Shown piece by piece: positions 1 to 11,167 of a DNA stretch of 64,000 bases (its first letter is position 1; each line of letters opens with the position of its first letter). Made by a program: the position numbers and the translations under genes. The DNA is from an uncultured SAR86 cluster bacterium (GTDB lineage: Bacteria; Pseudomonadota; Gammaproteobacteria; Magnimaribacterales; AG-339-G14): assembly GCA_902527995.1 (NCBI GenBank), contig CABZRA010000002.1, forward strand, positions 1,550-65,549, read 5' to 3'. Below the pieces are notes generated by a model. It saw only the letters and a program-made list of their open reading frames with translations, ran no database searches and was not told the origin of the DNA.

Positions 1-2
1 AT

Positions 3-1643
3 TTTGAATTTACTAATAAGTACAGAGAATTAACTATATGGTCGATAGTTTTTTTACTGTTACTTTCTTTACCAGTAAGATTTTATTTTCTTGAAAAATA
101 TCAATCTGAAATTGCAATAAAAAAATCTGTATCTATTTCGGAAAGGTCAACAGATATCTTGGCTCGAAGAGGAAAGATTACAGATCGAAATGGAGAAATA
201 TTAGCTGAGGATATTCCTTCTTATGAAATAGGGCTGGAAATAGGTAAATTTTCTTTTAATCCTGATGAGATCTCAAAAATATCTTCTCTTTTGAAGATAG
301 AATCAAAACGACTAAAAACTAGAATTTCCAAGCGAGACAAAAAGTATTTGGTTCTAAAAAGAAATGCATCTGTTGAAACATTTTTAAAAATTAAAACCCA
401 TAAAATCAAAGGAATTGTAGGCTATAAAAAATATACTCGCACCTATCCTAAGGGAGCGCCTTTTTCACAAATTGTTGGAGTTGTAAACACTTTTGATAAT
501 TCAGGAATCCAAGGAATTGAATTAAGTCTTAATTCATTACTTACAGGAGCAAATGGAAAAAAAAATAATTTAAAAACTAGAAAAAATAAAACAATAAAAA
601 CCTCAATAGAAAATCCTTCTCATGGAAGAGATATTCGTCTCACGTTGGATGCAGATTTACAGTCTGAAGCTTACTCAATACTTGCAAAGACCGTAGAGGA
701 GCATAATGCAAATTCAGGATCGATGGTAGTTATCGATCCTGAAAGTTTTGAAATTCTTGCTATGTCTAATTATCCGAGCTTTGATCCAAATGACAGAAAA
801 AAAATTATGATTGGAACTCTTGAAAATAAAGCCGCTACCGATTTGTTTGAGCCAGGATCAACGGTTAAACCAATAATCATGGCTGCAGTTTTGCAAAACG
901 ACAGTTCTATTGAGAATGAACTAATAAATACTAGTCCAGGATTTATTGATTATGAAGGTTTTATAACAAAGGATTTTAAAGATTATGGAACTCAAAATTT
1001 ATCTCAAATAATATCTAATTCGAGTAACGTTGGGATGATAAAACTATGCGATAAATTTGAAGCCAAAACTATTGTTAATGGTTTTCATAAAATGGGATTC
1101 GGTAAATACATGAATGAAATTTTTATTTCTACGAGGGAAGGATACCTCCCACCAATTAATAAATTGAGTAAAAGAGACAAAGTGAGTTTGTGTTACGGTT
1201 ATGGGTTGCAGACTACTTTGTTAGAGCTAGTAAGTTCCTATTCAATTTTGTACTCTCAAGGCAAGTCAAAGCCATTGAGTTTAATATTTGATACAGCTCT
1301 TGATGAGCATGAGCAAGTTATTCCAGTTGAATTATCTTTAAAAATGGAAAAAATGTTAACAGCTGTTGTTAATGAAGGAACTGGTAGACGAGCTCAAGTC
1401 AAAGGAATAAAAATTTCCGGCAAAACCGGCACTGTAAAAAAAATTGGAAAACTTGGCTATGAAGAGCAATCATTAAACGCTCTTTTTGTTGGACAGGCAT
1501 CTTTAAATCAAAAAAACTTAATAGTGGGAGTAATTATTAGAGACTCGCAAGTTAATGAAAACGGAGGTGGAGATGTTGCCGCACCTTTGTTTGCAAATTT
1601 TATAAATAAGATTAGTCAAAAAGAAGGATATTATGACTTTTGA
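3..1643 (+). CDS. ftsI: Peptidoglycan D,D-transpeptidase PBP3 (5'-truncated by window edge)
   Basis: Frame is open from base 3 and includes a TM helix upstream of the listed TTG at 159; RGxIxDRNG, EPGSTVK (SxxK), SSN and KTG motifs; precedes murE. Confidence 0.93.
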   Translation, partial: FEFTNKYRELTIWSIVFLLLLSLPVRFYFLEKYQSEIAIKKSVSISERSTDILARRGKITDRNGEILAEDIPSYEIGLEIGKFSFNPDEISKISSLLKIESKRLKTRISKRDKKYLVLKRNASVETFLKIKTHKIKGIVGYKKYTRTYPKGAPFSQIVGVVNTFDNSGIQGIELSLNSLLTGANGKKNNLKTRKNKTIKTSIENPSHGRDIRLTLDADLQSEAYSILAKTVEEHNANSGSMVVIDPESFEILAMSNYPSFDPNDRKKIMIGTLENKAATDLFEPGSTVKPIIMAAVLQNDSSIENELINTSPGFIDYEGFITKDFKDYGTQNLSQIISNSSNVGMIKLCDKFEAKTIVNGFHKMGFGKYMNEIFISTREGYLPPINKLSKRDKVSLCYGYGLQTTLLELVSSYSILYSQGKSKPLSLIFDTALDEHEQVIPVELSLKMEKMLTAVVNEGTGRRAQVKGIKISGKTGTVKKIGKLGYEEQSLNALFVGQASLNQKNLIVGVIIRDSQVNENGGGDVAAPLFANFINKISQKEGYYDF

Positions 1644-3048
1644 TGAATTGATTTCTATAATTTTGGAATTAAAAAAGAATTCTGGATGCAAATCTATAAA
1701 ATTAAATTCAAAATTTATAAAAAAGAATGATATTTTTATAAGCATTTCTGAAGATTCAAAAAAAAATTTGGAATACGTTTCTGACGCAATCTCAAAAGGC
1801 GCTCAATTAATTATTTCGAGTGACAAAGACCAAAAGAATAAACATTCTTTAATAAGATATTTTCCAAATGTAAAAAATAAGCTTAGTGAGATTTCTAATA
1901 TCTTTTATGAAGAACCCTCAAAAAATTTTAAAGTTTTTGGGATTACTGGTACAAATGGGAAATCGTCAGTCTCTTATTTCCTCCACCAAATATTTACAAA
2001 AAGCAATTTTAGATCGGCTTTGCTGAGTTCAGTTAAAAATAAAAAAAAAGAAATCTTCTTTTCAGAATTAACTACTCCTGATACGTTTTTTTTGAACCAA
2101 TTTATTTCTAATTTATCTGTTGAAAATTATAAGTCTGTTATCTTAGAGGTTTCTTCTCATGCTATTCATCAAAAAAGAGTTGAAGGACTAGACTTCAATT
2201 TTGGATGTTTTACAAATATTAGTAGAGATCATTTGGATTATCATAAATCTATGAAAGAGTATTCAAGAGTTAAAGAGAGTTTTTTTTTGGATAATGCTTT
2301 TGAATCTTGTCTAATTAATGTCGACACCCCTTTAGGTAAAAAGATAAAGAAAATAAATAGCAATTTTTTTTCATTTTCCTCAAAACAAAAAAATGTCGAC
2401 TTTTTTTTCGATGAAAAAAGTGTACTTCATCACGACCAAAAAACTTACAACTTAAAAAATTACTCAAATTCAAATTTTATGCAAATTAATTTAGCAATGG
2501 CTCTATCTTTAGCATTAATCTCAAAGTTAAAAATAAATCTAAAAAATATTAAAAATATATTAAGTCCTTTGGGGAGATTCGAAAAAATAGAGGTTCTTAA
2601 AGGAAAATATTGTGTAATTGATTATGCTCATACTCCTGTTGCTCTCGAAACGATATTAAGTGAAGTCAATTCAGCTCATTATGGAGACGTCATTTCTATT
2701 TTTGGTTGCGGGGGAGATAGAGATAAAGGGAAAAGAGCAAAAATGGGAGAGATAGCAGAAAAATATTCAAATGAATTAATAATCACGAATGATAATCCTC
2801 GGTGGGAAGATCCTCTTAAAATTAAAAAAGATATAATGAAAGGATTAAAAAAAATATCTCAAACCCATTTTATCTTGGATAGACGAGAGGCTATTAAGAA
2901 GGGGTATAACTTATTAGAATCTGCAAAAAAAGATTCTGTTTTACTTATTGCTGGAAAAGGACATGAAGATTTTCAAGAAATTGAAGGAAAAAAATACTCT
3001 TTTAGTGACAAGAAAATTATCCAGAAATTGAGAGATGTTATTAGATAA
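1633..3048 (+). CDS. murE: UDP-MurNAc-tripeptide synthetase (meso-DAP type)
   Basis: GITGTNGKSS P-loop, LTTPD, EVSSH, DYAHTP, FGCGGDRDKGKR, DNPR. Confidence 0.96.
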   Translation: MTFDELISIILELKKNSGCKSIKLNSKFIKKNDIFISISEDSKKNLEYVSDAISKGAQLIISSDKDQKNKHSLIRYFPNVKNKLSEISNIFYEEPSKNFKVFGITGTNGKSSVSYFLHQIFTKSNFRSALLSSVKNKKKEIFFSELTTPDTFFLNQFISNLSVENYKSVILEVSSHAIHQKRVEGLDFNFGCFTNISRDHLDYHKSMKEYSRVKESFFLDNAFESCLINVDTPLGKKIKKINSNFFSFSSKQKNVDFFFDEKSVLHHDQKTYNLKNYSNSNFMQINLAMALSLALISKLKINLKNIKNILSPLGRFEKIEVLKGKYCVIDYAHTPVALETILSEVNSAHYGDVISIFGCGGDRDKGKRAKMGEIAEKYSNELIITNDNPRWEDPLKIKKDIMKGLKKISQTHFILDRREAIKKGYNLLESAKKDSVLLIAGKGHEDFQEIEGKKYSFSDKKIIQKLRDVIR

Positions 3049-4282
3049 AAAGCTTTCAAAGATTGTAAAAATAACAAACTCTAAGTTATATGGTGAAGAT
3101 TTAGTTTTTAATAGAATATCTACTGATACGCGAACTTTAAAAAAGGGTGATTTATTTCTTGCTTTGAAAGGGGAAAATTTTGATGGTCATGATTTTATAG
3201 AAGAGGCCATTTCTAAAGGCGCAAGTTCGATAGTCTCTGAGAGAGATTTAGGTTTCAAAATAAGTTATTTAAAGACAGAAAATAATCTCATTTTCTTAAA
3301 AAAGCTTGCTGAACAAATAAGGAAAAATTTTAAGGGCACTATATTTGCCATAACTGGCAGCAATGGAAAAACTTCAACAAAAGAAATATCGTTTTTAATC
3401 TTGAGTCATATTTTTGGTGAAAAAAAAGTTTTTAAGTCTCCTAAAAACTGGAATAACGAACTTGGACTCTATTTTTCTTTATTGGAATTAGAATCAAGTC
3501 ATCACTATGCTGTATTTGAAATAGGAACAAATTTTCCTGGAGAAATTGATGCTTTATCTAAATTACTTAAACCCCATCATGGATTAATTACCAATTTAGG
3601 TCGTTCTCATTTGGAATTTCTTACAAATCTTGAAGGTGTTGCAAACGAAAAATCGGAACTTTTTAAAAATGTTCATAAAACTGGATTTTGCCTTGTCAGG
3701 GCACATGATAAGTTTAAAAAAATTCTTCTTGAAAAAGCGAAAGGGAAAAATTTAATCTTTTTAACAAACGATAAAAAAGGAATTTTCGATTTAAATTTTG
3801 ATGCATCTATTAAAATCATCGAAGCCGCTTTAAATCAAGTAATTCCAAAACTGGAGAAAAATAAATTAAAGGACAATATAAAAAAAATCATTAAAGTTCC
3901 TGGAAGGATGGAACAAAAAATTGGTCCCAAAAAAACTACTATTATTGACGATTCATATAATGCAAATCCTGATTCTTTTTCTGCTGCATTTAAAGAAATT
4001 TCTAAATTTAATTTCAAAAAGAAAATCTGTGTAATGGGTAAAATGGGAGAGCTAGGGGTAAATTCTACTCAACTTCATGATTCTGTAATAAAAGAATCAC
4101 TGAGTTATTTTGATCTAATTTTTTGCGTTGATTTTGAATCTAAAATTACTGACAAAAAAATAAAATATATTTTAAAAAGTGAGGTACAAAAGCATGTTAA
4201 AGGTTTTTTTGGAATAGATACTTTAATTCTATTTAAAGCATCAAGATCAGTTAAAATGGAATCAGTTATAAAACTTGCTTGA
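3035..4282 (+). CDS. murF: UDP-MurNAc-pentapeptide synthetase
   Basis: LFLALKGENFDGHDF, AITGSNGKTSTK, NNELG, DDSYNANP, MGELG. Confidence 0.95.
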   Translation: MLLDKKLSKIVKITNSKLYGEDLVFNRISTDTRTLKKGDLFLALKGENFDGHDFIEEAISKGASSIVSERDLGFKISYLKTENNLIFLKKLAEQIRKNFKGTIFAITGSNGKTSTKEISFLILSHIFGEKKVFKSPKNWNNELGLYFSLLELESSHHYAVFEIGTNFPGEIDALSKLLKPHHGLITNLGRSHLEFLTNLEGVANEKSELFKNVHKTGFCLVRAHDKFKKILLEKAKGKNLIFLTNDKKGIFDLNFDASIKIIEAALNQVIPKLEKNKLKDNIKKIIKVPGRMEQKIGPKKTTIIDDSYNANPDSFSAAFKEISKFNFKKKICVMGKMGELGVNSTQLHDSVIKESLSYFDLIFCVDFESKITDKKIKYILKSEVQKHVKGFFGIDTLILFKASRSVKMESVIKLA

Positions 4283-4283
4283 T

Positions 4284-5366
4284 ATGCTTTTACCTTTTCT
4301 AGATTTATTAGCCGAAAGTTATGGGCCTTTCCGTATATTTAATTATTTTACATTTCGAGCAATTCTTGCGACCTTAACCTCCCTTATTTTTTGTCTCGTA
4401 TTCGGTAAATATTTCATTTCTTTTTTAGAGGAAAGGAATTTTGGTCAGGTAATTCGAGAATTAGGACCAGAAAAACATTATGAAAAAAAAGGCACTCCAA
4501 CTATGGGGGGAATTTTAATTTTAGCTGCAGTAACTTTTTCTTGTTTATGCTGGGGCGATTTTGGGAATAGGTATCTTTGGGTAATGATTTTTTTGATCAT
4601 TTCTTTCGGAACTCTTGGTTTCTTAGACGATTACTTAAAGCTTAAGTTCAATTCAAGCGATGGTCTTTCAGCAAAAATGAAAATATTCTGGCAACTATTA
4701 TTTGCATCAATCATTGTTACCTATCTTTACCTTTCTCATTCGATACCACAGGAAATTAGTTTATTTCTTCCCTTTTTGAAGGATTTTGCTTTAAATCTAG
4801 GTATCTTTTTTATTTTCTTTTCTGTTTTTGTGATCATTGGAACAAGTAACGCTGTGAATCTAACCGATGGTTTAGATGGACTAGCTATTATGCCTTCGGT
4901 TATGGTTGCAGGAGGCCTTGGTATCATTGCTTATATTTCTGGAAATATTATTTTTGCAGAATATTTAAATATTGTTTATTTACCGGGTACGGAAGAATTA
5001 CTCATTATTTGTGGAACGATAATTGGGGCAGGTATTGGGTTTCTTTGGTTCAATACTTACCCGGCTCAAATATTTATGGGCGATGTAGGTTCATTATCCC
5101 TCGGAGCTGCTTTAGGTGGTATGGCTGTAATTTTAAGACAAGAAATAATATTAGCCATTATGGGAGGCGTCTTTGTAATTGAGGCCCTTTCAGTAATCAT
5201 TCAAGTGACCTCTTTTAAATTGACAGGAAAAAGAGTTTTCAAAATGTCTCCAATCCATCATCATTTTGAACTTTCTGGATGGGCTGAACCAAAAATAATT
5301 GTAAGGTTTTGGATTATTACTTTAATTTTAGTTTTAATTGCATTGGCATCATTTAGATTGCGTTAG
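4284..5366 (+). CDS. mraY: Phospho-MurNAc-pentapeptide transferase
   Basis: KKGTPTMGG, DDYLK, NAVNLTDGLDG, FMGDVGS, PIHHHFE; ATG at 4284 preferred over TTG at 4275. Confidence 0.97.
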   Translation: MLLPFLDLLAESYGPFRIFNYFTFRAILATLTSLIFCLVFGKYFISFLEERNFGQVIRELGPEKHYEKKGTPTMGGILILAAVTFSCLCWGDFGNRYLWVMIFLIISFGTLGFLDDYLKLKFNSSDGLSAKMKIFWQLLFASIIVTYLYLSHSIPQEISLFLPFLKDFALNLGIFFIFFSVFVIIGTSNAVNLTDGLDGLAIMPSVMVAGGLGIIAYISGNIIFAEYLNIVYLPGTEELLIICGTIIGAGIGFLWFNTYPAQIFMGDVGSLSLGAALGGMAVILRQEIILAIMGGVFVIEALSVIIQVTSFKLTGKRVFKMSPIHHHFELSGWAEPKIIVRFWIITLILVLIALASFRLR

Positions 5367-5368
5367 AA

Positions 5369-6580
5369 ATGCATTCAGAAGATAAATATGTTCTTATTTT
5401 AGGCGCAGGACAGACAGGATTGTCAGCAATAAATTTTTTGAAAACAAAAAATTTTAAAATATTTGATACAAGGAATTTCATCGAATTACCTGAAAATATA
5501 AAAAATAATTTTTTAATTAAAGAAAATTTAATTTCAGAGGATAGAATAAATACAAAATTAATTGATTATGTAATTTGTTCTCCTGGTTTTGATCTATCCC
5601 ATCAGCTAATAAAAAAACTAAAAGATAAAAACATCAGTATTAAAAGCGATATAGAAGTTTTTATAGAAAATAATGACTCTAAAATAATCTTAGTTTCTGG
5701 TACAAACGGAAAGACAACAGTTTCTCTTCTTTTGGAAAAATTTATTTCCTTGAAAGGGTTTAGCTCAAAAGCTATAGGTAATTTAGGCAGACCGGCCCTA
5801 GATTATGTTGACATAAAAAAGGATTATTTTGTGATAGAAGTTTCTAGTTTTCACTTGGAAATCTCAGATAATCTTAAATCTGACTTGTCAATACTTTTAA
5901 ATATTACAGAAGACCATTTAGATAGACATAAAACATTTGATAACTATAAAAATATTAAAAACTCCATTTTCAATAATTCGAATTTATCCATTGGTAATAA
6001 GGACGATGAGAATATAAGAAAAGATCTCACAAACTATTTTGACGGAAATGTAAATCTTGATATTGCAAATCTTAATGCAGTAAAAGCAACTTTAGATAAT
6101 ATTGGCTTAAATTATTCATTTAAGGAGCTTGAAGAACAAAAATTCAAACCTGAGCATAGAATGGAAGTTTTTTATAAAGATAAATTAAATAGAATTTTTA
6201 TAAACGACTCAAAAGCTACAAACTGTGGCGCAACTCTAGCTGCAATTAACTCAATCAAAGGGGATGAAAAGATTTTTCTAATATGCGGAGGGCAAAGTAA
6301 AGGAGCTGATTTCTCAAGGTTGGCACAAGAAATAAAAAAAAATTGTTATGGAGTTATTATTTATGGAGAAGATAAAAATCTAATAATTGACGAATTGAGT
6401 GATTTTAATAAATTGACTGCTGACAGTTTCGAAGAGGTAGTTTCTTTATGTCTAAAAGTGTCTAAGCCCGATACCAAAGTTTTGTTTTCGCCAGCATGTG
6501 CAAGTTTTGATATGTTTAAAAATTTTGAAGATAGGGGTAACAAGTTTAAACAATTCATTTTAAATGAGAGAGACGCTTAA
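5369..6580 (+). CDS. murD: UDP-MurNAc-L-Ala:D-Glu ligase
   Basis: SGTNGKTT, EVSSF, DHLDRH, NDSKATN, SPACASFDMF. Confidence 0.95.
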   Translation: MHSEDKYVLILGAGQTGLSAINFLKTKNFKIFDTRNFIELPENIKNNFLIKENLISEDRINTKLIDYVICSPGFDLSHQLIKKLKDKNISIKSDIEVFIENNDSKIILVSGTNGKTTVSLLLEKFISLKGFSSKAIGNLGRPALDYVDIKKDYFVIEVSSFHLEISDNLKSDLSILLNITEDHLDRHKTFDNYKNIKNSIFNNSNLSIGNKDDENIRKDLTNYFDGNVNLDIANLNAVKATLDNIGLNYSFKELEEQKFKPEHRMEVFYKDKLNRIFINDSKATNCGATLAAINSIKGDEKIFLICGGQSKGADFSRLAQEIKKNCYGVIIYGEDKNLIIDELSDFNKLTADSFEEVVSLCLKVSKPDTKVLFSPACASFDMFKNFEDRGNKFKQFILNERDA

Positions 6581-7751
6581 ACAGTCTAAGCTCCAAAGAA
6601 TTATTTTCGGAGAATTCTATAGAGATCTTAAATTTTCAGATTTGGATTTTGGTATTTTTGTTAGTGTGATTTTTTTAAGCCTATTAGGGATTGTAATGGT
6701 TGCCTCTGTAACAATTCCTTTAACAGATGGTTCGTTATCCATGGCGTTAAATCATATTCTCAAACTGGTAGTTGCATTTTTTGTTGGTTTAATAGTGTTT
6801 AGATTTTCTTTGGAAATTTGGAAAACCATAGATATAGGGCTAATTTTGTTTTCCTTTTTTTTACTTACCTTAGTGTTTATTCCTTTTATAGGATATGAAG
6901 CAAATGGCGCCTCAAGGTGGATAAGATTATTTGGGTTTTCGTTTCAACCATCGGAACTAATGAAATTTTCTTTGATAGTTTATATATCATCTTACTGTTA
7001 CAGAAGAATGACTGAATTTAAAGAAAAATGGATAGGTTTTTGGAAACCTGTTTTAGTTGTTGTTTTAGCAATTGCACTGGTTTTGCTTGAACCTGATCTA
7101 GGCTCCTCAGCAGTGATTTTTTTAATATCTTTAATAATAATGTTCATTGCAGGAGCACCCTTAAAACAAATGTCTATAATTTTATTTATGGGCTCAATGG
7201 TTTTCGTAAGCATGATAATTTTAGTACCCTGGAGAATGCAAAGAATTCTAAGTTTTGTTGATCCTTGGAGTGCTTATGGAGAAAGCGGTTATCAATTATC
7301 TCAAGCTTTAATTGCTTTTAGCAGAGGAGATCTATTTGGAGTAGGTTTAGGAGAAAGTTTACAAAAATATCATTATTTACCAGACGCCCAAACAGATTTT
7401 ATTTTTGCAATTATTGCCGAAGAGTTGGGATTAATTTTTTGTATATTTTTGATCTCAATATATGGATATTTAATTTTTAAATCGTTTTCTTTAGGAAGAA
7501 ATTCAAGAATACAAAATAAATTTTTCGAATCTTATATTTCTTATGGGATAGGTATTTGCATTGCATTTCACGTTTTTATAAACATAGGAGTTTCTAGTGG
7601 TATGCTTCCTACGAAGGGACTGACGTTACCTTTTATTAGCTTTGGGGGAACAAACTTGATGCTCATGTTTGCTTTAATAGCTTTACTTTTTAGAATCAAT
7701 TTAGAGTTAAATGAAAACTCAAAAATTGAAGGTAAGGTGATGAGTGGCTAG
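6564..7751 (+). CDS. ftsW: SEDS peptidoglycan glycosyltransferase
   Basis: NGASRW, FQPSE, EPDLG, TDFIFAIIAEELG, PTKGLTLPFIS; dcw context. Confidence 0.95.
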   Translation: MRETLKQSKLQRIIFGEFYRDLKFSDLDFGIFVSVIFLSLLGIVMVASVTIPLTDGSLSMALNHILKLVVAFFVGLIVFRFSLEIWKTIDIGLILFSFFLLTLVFIPFIGYEANGASRWIRLFGFSFQPSELMKFSLIVYISSYCYRRMTEFKEKWIGFWKPVLVVVLAIALVLLEPDLGSSAVIFLISLIIMFIAGAPLKQMSIILFMGSMVFVSMIILVPWRMQRILSFVDPWSAYGESGYQLSQALIAFSRGDLFGVGLGESLQKYHYLPDAQTDFIFAIIAEELGLIFCIFLISIYGYLIFKSFSLGRNSRIQNKFFESYISYGIGICIAFHVFINIGVSSGMLPTKGLTLPFISFGGTNLMLMFALIALLFRINLELNENSKIEGKVMSG

Positions 7752-8835
7752 TCCGAAAACTATATTTATTGTTGCTGGGGGCACAGGAGGACACGTATTT
7801 CCTGCTAAAAGGGTAGCGCAAAAGTTTATCGAGGAAGGTTTTAAAATTATTTGGATTGGAACTAGTAGAGGTCCTGAAAAAAACATTTGCAAAGATTTAG
7901 GGATTAGTTTCATACAAGTTCCTTTGTATGGATTTAGAGGTAAAAGCTTTTTTTCAAAATTTAAAGCTTTATTTGCTTTTTTTATCAGTGGATTTATTTT
8001 TTACTTAAAATCAAGTCCGTTAGATAGAAAAAATTATCCCATGCTCGTGTTCGGAGGCTATGTATCTCTGATATCGTTTTTTTACTTTAAAGGACCTGTG
8101 TTTTTGCAGGAACAAAATACTATTCCCGGATCTGTCTCTAAACTACTTTTTACAACCAATAAAGTGTCAAAAATTTTCTGTGGATTTGAGAAAACAAAAA
8201 TTTTTTTTGAGGAATTAAATAAAAAATACATCAAAATAATTAATACTGGAAATCCTATTGGAAAAATAAAAAAAACAAATGAGAGAAACTTAGAATTGAA
8301 TGAACTTAATATTTTAGTTATAGGGGGAAGCCAAGGATCGAAATTTTTAAATGATTTTGTCTCGAGAGTGTTGATTGAAATAAAAGATGATTATTTAATT
8401 AAAATAAAACATCAATGCGGAAGAAATAACGTAACTAATCTAAAAAAAATATATGCTTCTGCGGGCAATGATATATCTATTACAGAATTTATAAAAAATA
8501 TCGATGATGCTTATCAATGGGCAGATCTTGTAATTTCAAGGTCAGGAGCTCTAACCGTTTCAGAACTTATTGCATCAAGATCTGCTGCTATTCTAGTGCC
8601 ATTAAAAATTTCTATCGATGATCATCAAAAAGAAAATGCTAATTATCTATTTTCTAATAACGCTGCTTGGATTTTAGAAGAAACAGATTCTTTTTCAGTT
8701 GATCTAAAAAGTCTTCTAGTTTCAATTTTAAAAAACAAAGAAAGTCTTTTACAAAAGAAACAAAGTATTAGTCAAATTGATATTAAAGATTCAGAAACAA
8801 TAATATTTAACGAAGTAAATGCTTGGTACCGATAA
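7744..8835 (+). CDS. murG: Lipid II GlcNAc transferase
   Basis: GGTGGHVFP, EQN, GNP, GGSQG, RSGALTVSE, HQKENA. Confidence 0.95.
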   Translation: MASPKTIFIVAGGTGGHVFPAKRVAQKFIEEGFKIIWIGTSRGPEKNICKDLGISFIQVPLYGFRGKSFFSKFKALFAFFISGFIFYLKSSPLDRKNYPMLVFGGYVSLISFFYFKGPVFLQEQNTIPGSVSKLLFTTNKVSKIFCGFEKTKIFFEELNKKYIKIINTGNPIGKIKKTNERNLELNELNILVIGGSQGSKFLNDFVSRVLIEIKDDYLIKIKHQCGRNNVTNLKKIYASAGNDISITEFIKNIDDAYQWADLVISRSGALTVSELIASRSAAILVPLKISIDDHQKENANYLFSNNAAWILEETDSFSVDLKSLLVSILKNKESLLQKKQSISQIDIKDSETIIFNEVNAWYR

Positions 8836-10186
8836 TTTAAAGAAGGTTCATCTAGTTGGAGTTGGCGGCGCCGGTATGAGTGGAATCGCTGAAATATTAA
8901 TAAATATGGATTATGAAGTATCAGGTTCTGATATCCACTCCTCTCAAATTACCGATAGGCTCCAAAGCCTTGGTTTGACTTTTTTTAATTCCCATGACAA
9001 AAAAAATCTAAAAAATGTAGATCTGGTTGTTTTCTCTTCAGCCATAGACAGAAATAATCCAGAATTAATAGAGGCTAAAAATAAAGAAATAAATACAATT
9101 AGAAGAGCTGAAATGTTGGCGAATTTAACCGATTTAAGAGAAAGTATCATCTTTGCTGGAAGTCATGGCAAAACTACTACTACATGCATAGCTGCTCATA
9201 TTTTCAAGGAAAATAATTTAGATCCTACATATATTATAGGTGGAAAGGTAAGCTCATTCGAATCTAATGCTAATTTAGGAAGCGGAAGACATATCCTTGC
9301 TGAAGCAGATGAGAGCGACGGAAGTTTTTTATTATTCACTCCCGATAAAGCCGTTATAACAAGTATCGATAATGATCATTTAGAAGCATATGGTCAATCT
9401 GTAAAAAAATTAGAATTTTCCTTTATTGAATTTATTCAAAAAGTGAAAAAAAAAGTTTTTATCTATGATGAAAAAAAAGCATTAATAAAAAATTTAACTT
9501 CTGAAGTTAATATTTTTACTTATGGGTTTGATAAGCATTCCGATTTTCAAATATTAGATTTTTTTCAAAATGAGCAAGGTTCGTTTTTTAGCCTTAAGAA
9601 TAAAATTAACGATACGTTATATGACTTTGAAATTAACATGCACGGAAGACATAATGTTCTGAATACTGTGGCAGCTATCATCGTATCTTTCGATGAAGGA
9701 ATAAATTATTCAAGTATAAATAAATCTTTAAAAACTTTTCCTCAGGTTGAAAGGAGATTTGAGATTATTAGTAAAAATGTTTTTTCGAAGAATATAATTT
9801 TGATTGATGATTATGGACATCATCCTACGGAATTAATTAATACTATTAATACGATTAAAGAAATATGGCCAGATAAAGAGATGGTGATGGCTTTTCAACC
9901 TCATCGATATAGCCGAACTAAAGCCTTGTTTAATGAGTTTGTTGAAGTGCTATCGAAAATTGATAATTTAATTCTCCTTGAAATATATCCTGCGAGCGAA
10001 GCTCCAATTCAGAATTACTCGAGTCATGACCTATTTAAAAAAATTAGGAATTTCAACAAAAAATCTGTGTTAGTAAATGGAATAGATGAAGCTTTCGTTG
10101 AATTTGAAAAATTCAAAAACGAGAAATATATATTTCTCACACAAGGCGCAGGTAATACATCAATACTAGCTTCAAAGTTTAAATAA
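8819..10186 (+). CDS. murC: UDP-MurNAc:L-Ala ligase
   Basis: GVGGAGMSGIA, GSHGKTTT, EADESDGSF, DDYGHHPTE, FQPHRYSRT. Confidence 0.96.
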   Translation: MLGTDNLKKVHLVGVGGAGMSGIAEILINMDYEVSGSDIHSSQITDRLQSLGLTFFNSHDKKNLKNVDLVVFSSAIDRNNPELIEAKNKEINTIRRAEMLANLTDLRESIIFAGSHGKTTTTCIAAHIFKENNLDPTYIIGGKVSSFESNANLGSGRHILAEADESDGSFLLFTPDKAVITSIDNDHLEAYGQSVKKLEFSFIEFIQKVKKKVFIYDEKKALIKNLTSEVNIFTYGFDKHSDFQILDFFQNEQGSFFSLKNKINDTLYDFEINMHGRHNVLNTVAAIIVSFDEGINYSSINKSLKTFPQVERRFEIISKNVFSKNIILIDDYGHHPTELINTINTIKEIWPDKEMVMAFQPHRYSRTKALFNEFVEVLSKIDNLILLEIYPASEAPIQNYSSHDLFKKIRNFNKKSVLVNGIDEAFVEFEKFKNEKYIFLTQGAGNTSILASKFK

Positions 10187-10187
10187 A

Positions 10188-11099
10188 GTGGAAAATTTAA
10201 AAAAATTAAATTTAGGAATTTTAGGAGGAGGGTATTCAAATGAAAGAAATATTTCTTTAAAAAGTGCTGAGGCCGTAAATAACGCTCTAAACGAAGAAGG
10301 GTATAAATCAAAGATCCTTGATGTAGATAACAAAAAGAAATTATTTTCTAAGGATTCTTATAAAAACTTTGATTTCATTTTTGTGCTCATTCATGGTTTA
10401 GGCGGAGAAGACGGTGAACTGCAAAATTTTTTCGAAGAAATAAAACTTAATTATTCTGGAAGTAATGCAGAAGCTTGCAAAAAATCTTTTGATAAAAAAA
10501 TAGCAAAAACCTATCTCTCGAATAACTTATTTACTCCAGAACAATTTCAATGGAATTCATATGAGAGAAAAATTGAATTTAATTCTCATAAGGTAAAAAG
10601 ACTGGTTGTTAAGCCTACCAAAGAAGGTTCTAGCCTCGGGGTCTCTATTATAGAAAATAAACCTGACCTCATTAAAATGGCAATTGAAAAAGCTTCAAAA
10701 TATGGAGAGTTTATGATTGAAGAATTTATCGAAGGAAGTGAAATAACTGTAGCGCGGGTTGGAAATGAAAATTTTCCACCAGTGCAAATCATTCCTGAAA
10801 ATCAATTTTATGACTTTCAAGCAAAATATAATTCTTTTAATACAAAATATACTAAAGCCGAGTATTCTTATGAAAGACAAAGAGAATTAGATCAATTAAT
10901 TACACAAATTAATTTAGATTTTAATTGTAAAGCTTGGTCTCGAGTCGATTTAATCGACGATGGAACAAATTTTTATTTTCTCGAGCTCAATACAGTTCCT
11001 GGAATGACAAATAGTAGCTTAGTTCCAAAAGCCGCAAAGTTCGCCGGCATAGATTTCAATAAACTTGTGATTCAAATAATAAAAAGTTCTCTTGATTAG
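10188..11099 (+). CDS. ddl: D-Ala-D-Ala ligase
   Basis: GGYSNERNISL, HGLGGEDG, GSSLG, FYDFQAKY, ELNTVPGMT; GTG start. Confidence 0.95.
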   Translation: MENLKKLNLGILGGGYSNERNISLKSAEAVNNALNEEGYKSKILDVDNKKKLFSKDSYKNFDFIFVLIHGLGGEDGELQNFFEEIKLNYSGSNAEACKKSFDKKIAKTYLSNNLFTPEQFQWNSYERKIEFNSHKVKRLVVKPTKEGSSLGVSIIENKPDLIKMAIEKASKYGEFMIEEFIEGSEITVARVGNENFPPVQIIPENQFYDFQAKYNSFNTKYTKAEYSYERQRELDQLITQINLDFNCKAWSRVDLIDDGTNFYFLELNTVPGMTNSSLVPKAAKFAGIDFNKLVIQIIKSSLD

Positions 11100-11121
11100 A
11101 TTGATCGTCATATGTAAACTC

Positions 11122-11167
11122 TCTCCGTTTTCTTGAGTCTTCTGTTAGATTCAAACCCATAAGGAGA
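11122..11167 (+). promoter_or_regulatory. S6:S18-binding rpsF leader hairpin (probable)
   Basis: TCTCC (11122-26) pairs with SD GGAGA (11163-67); inner stem TTGAGTCT/AGATTCAA; 3' internal loop ACCCATAA resembles the CCR motif preceding TAAGGAG. Confidence 0.65.

Noticed and set aside
159..161. TTG at 159 as the ftsI start
   Set aside because: The frame is open to the window edge and encodes the required TM anchor upstream
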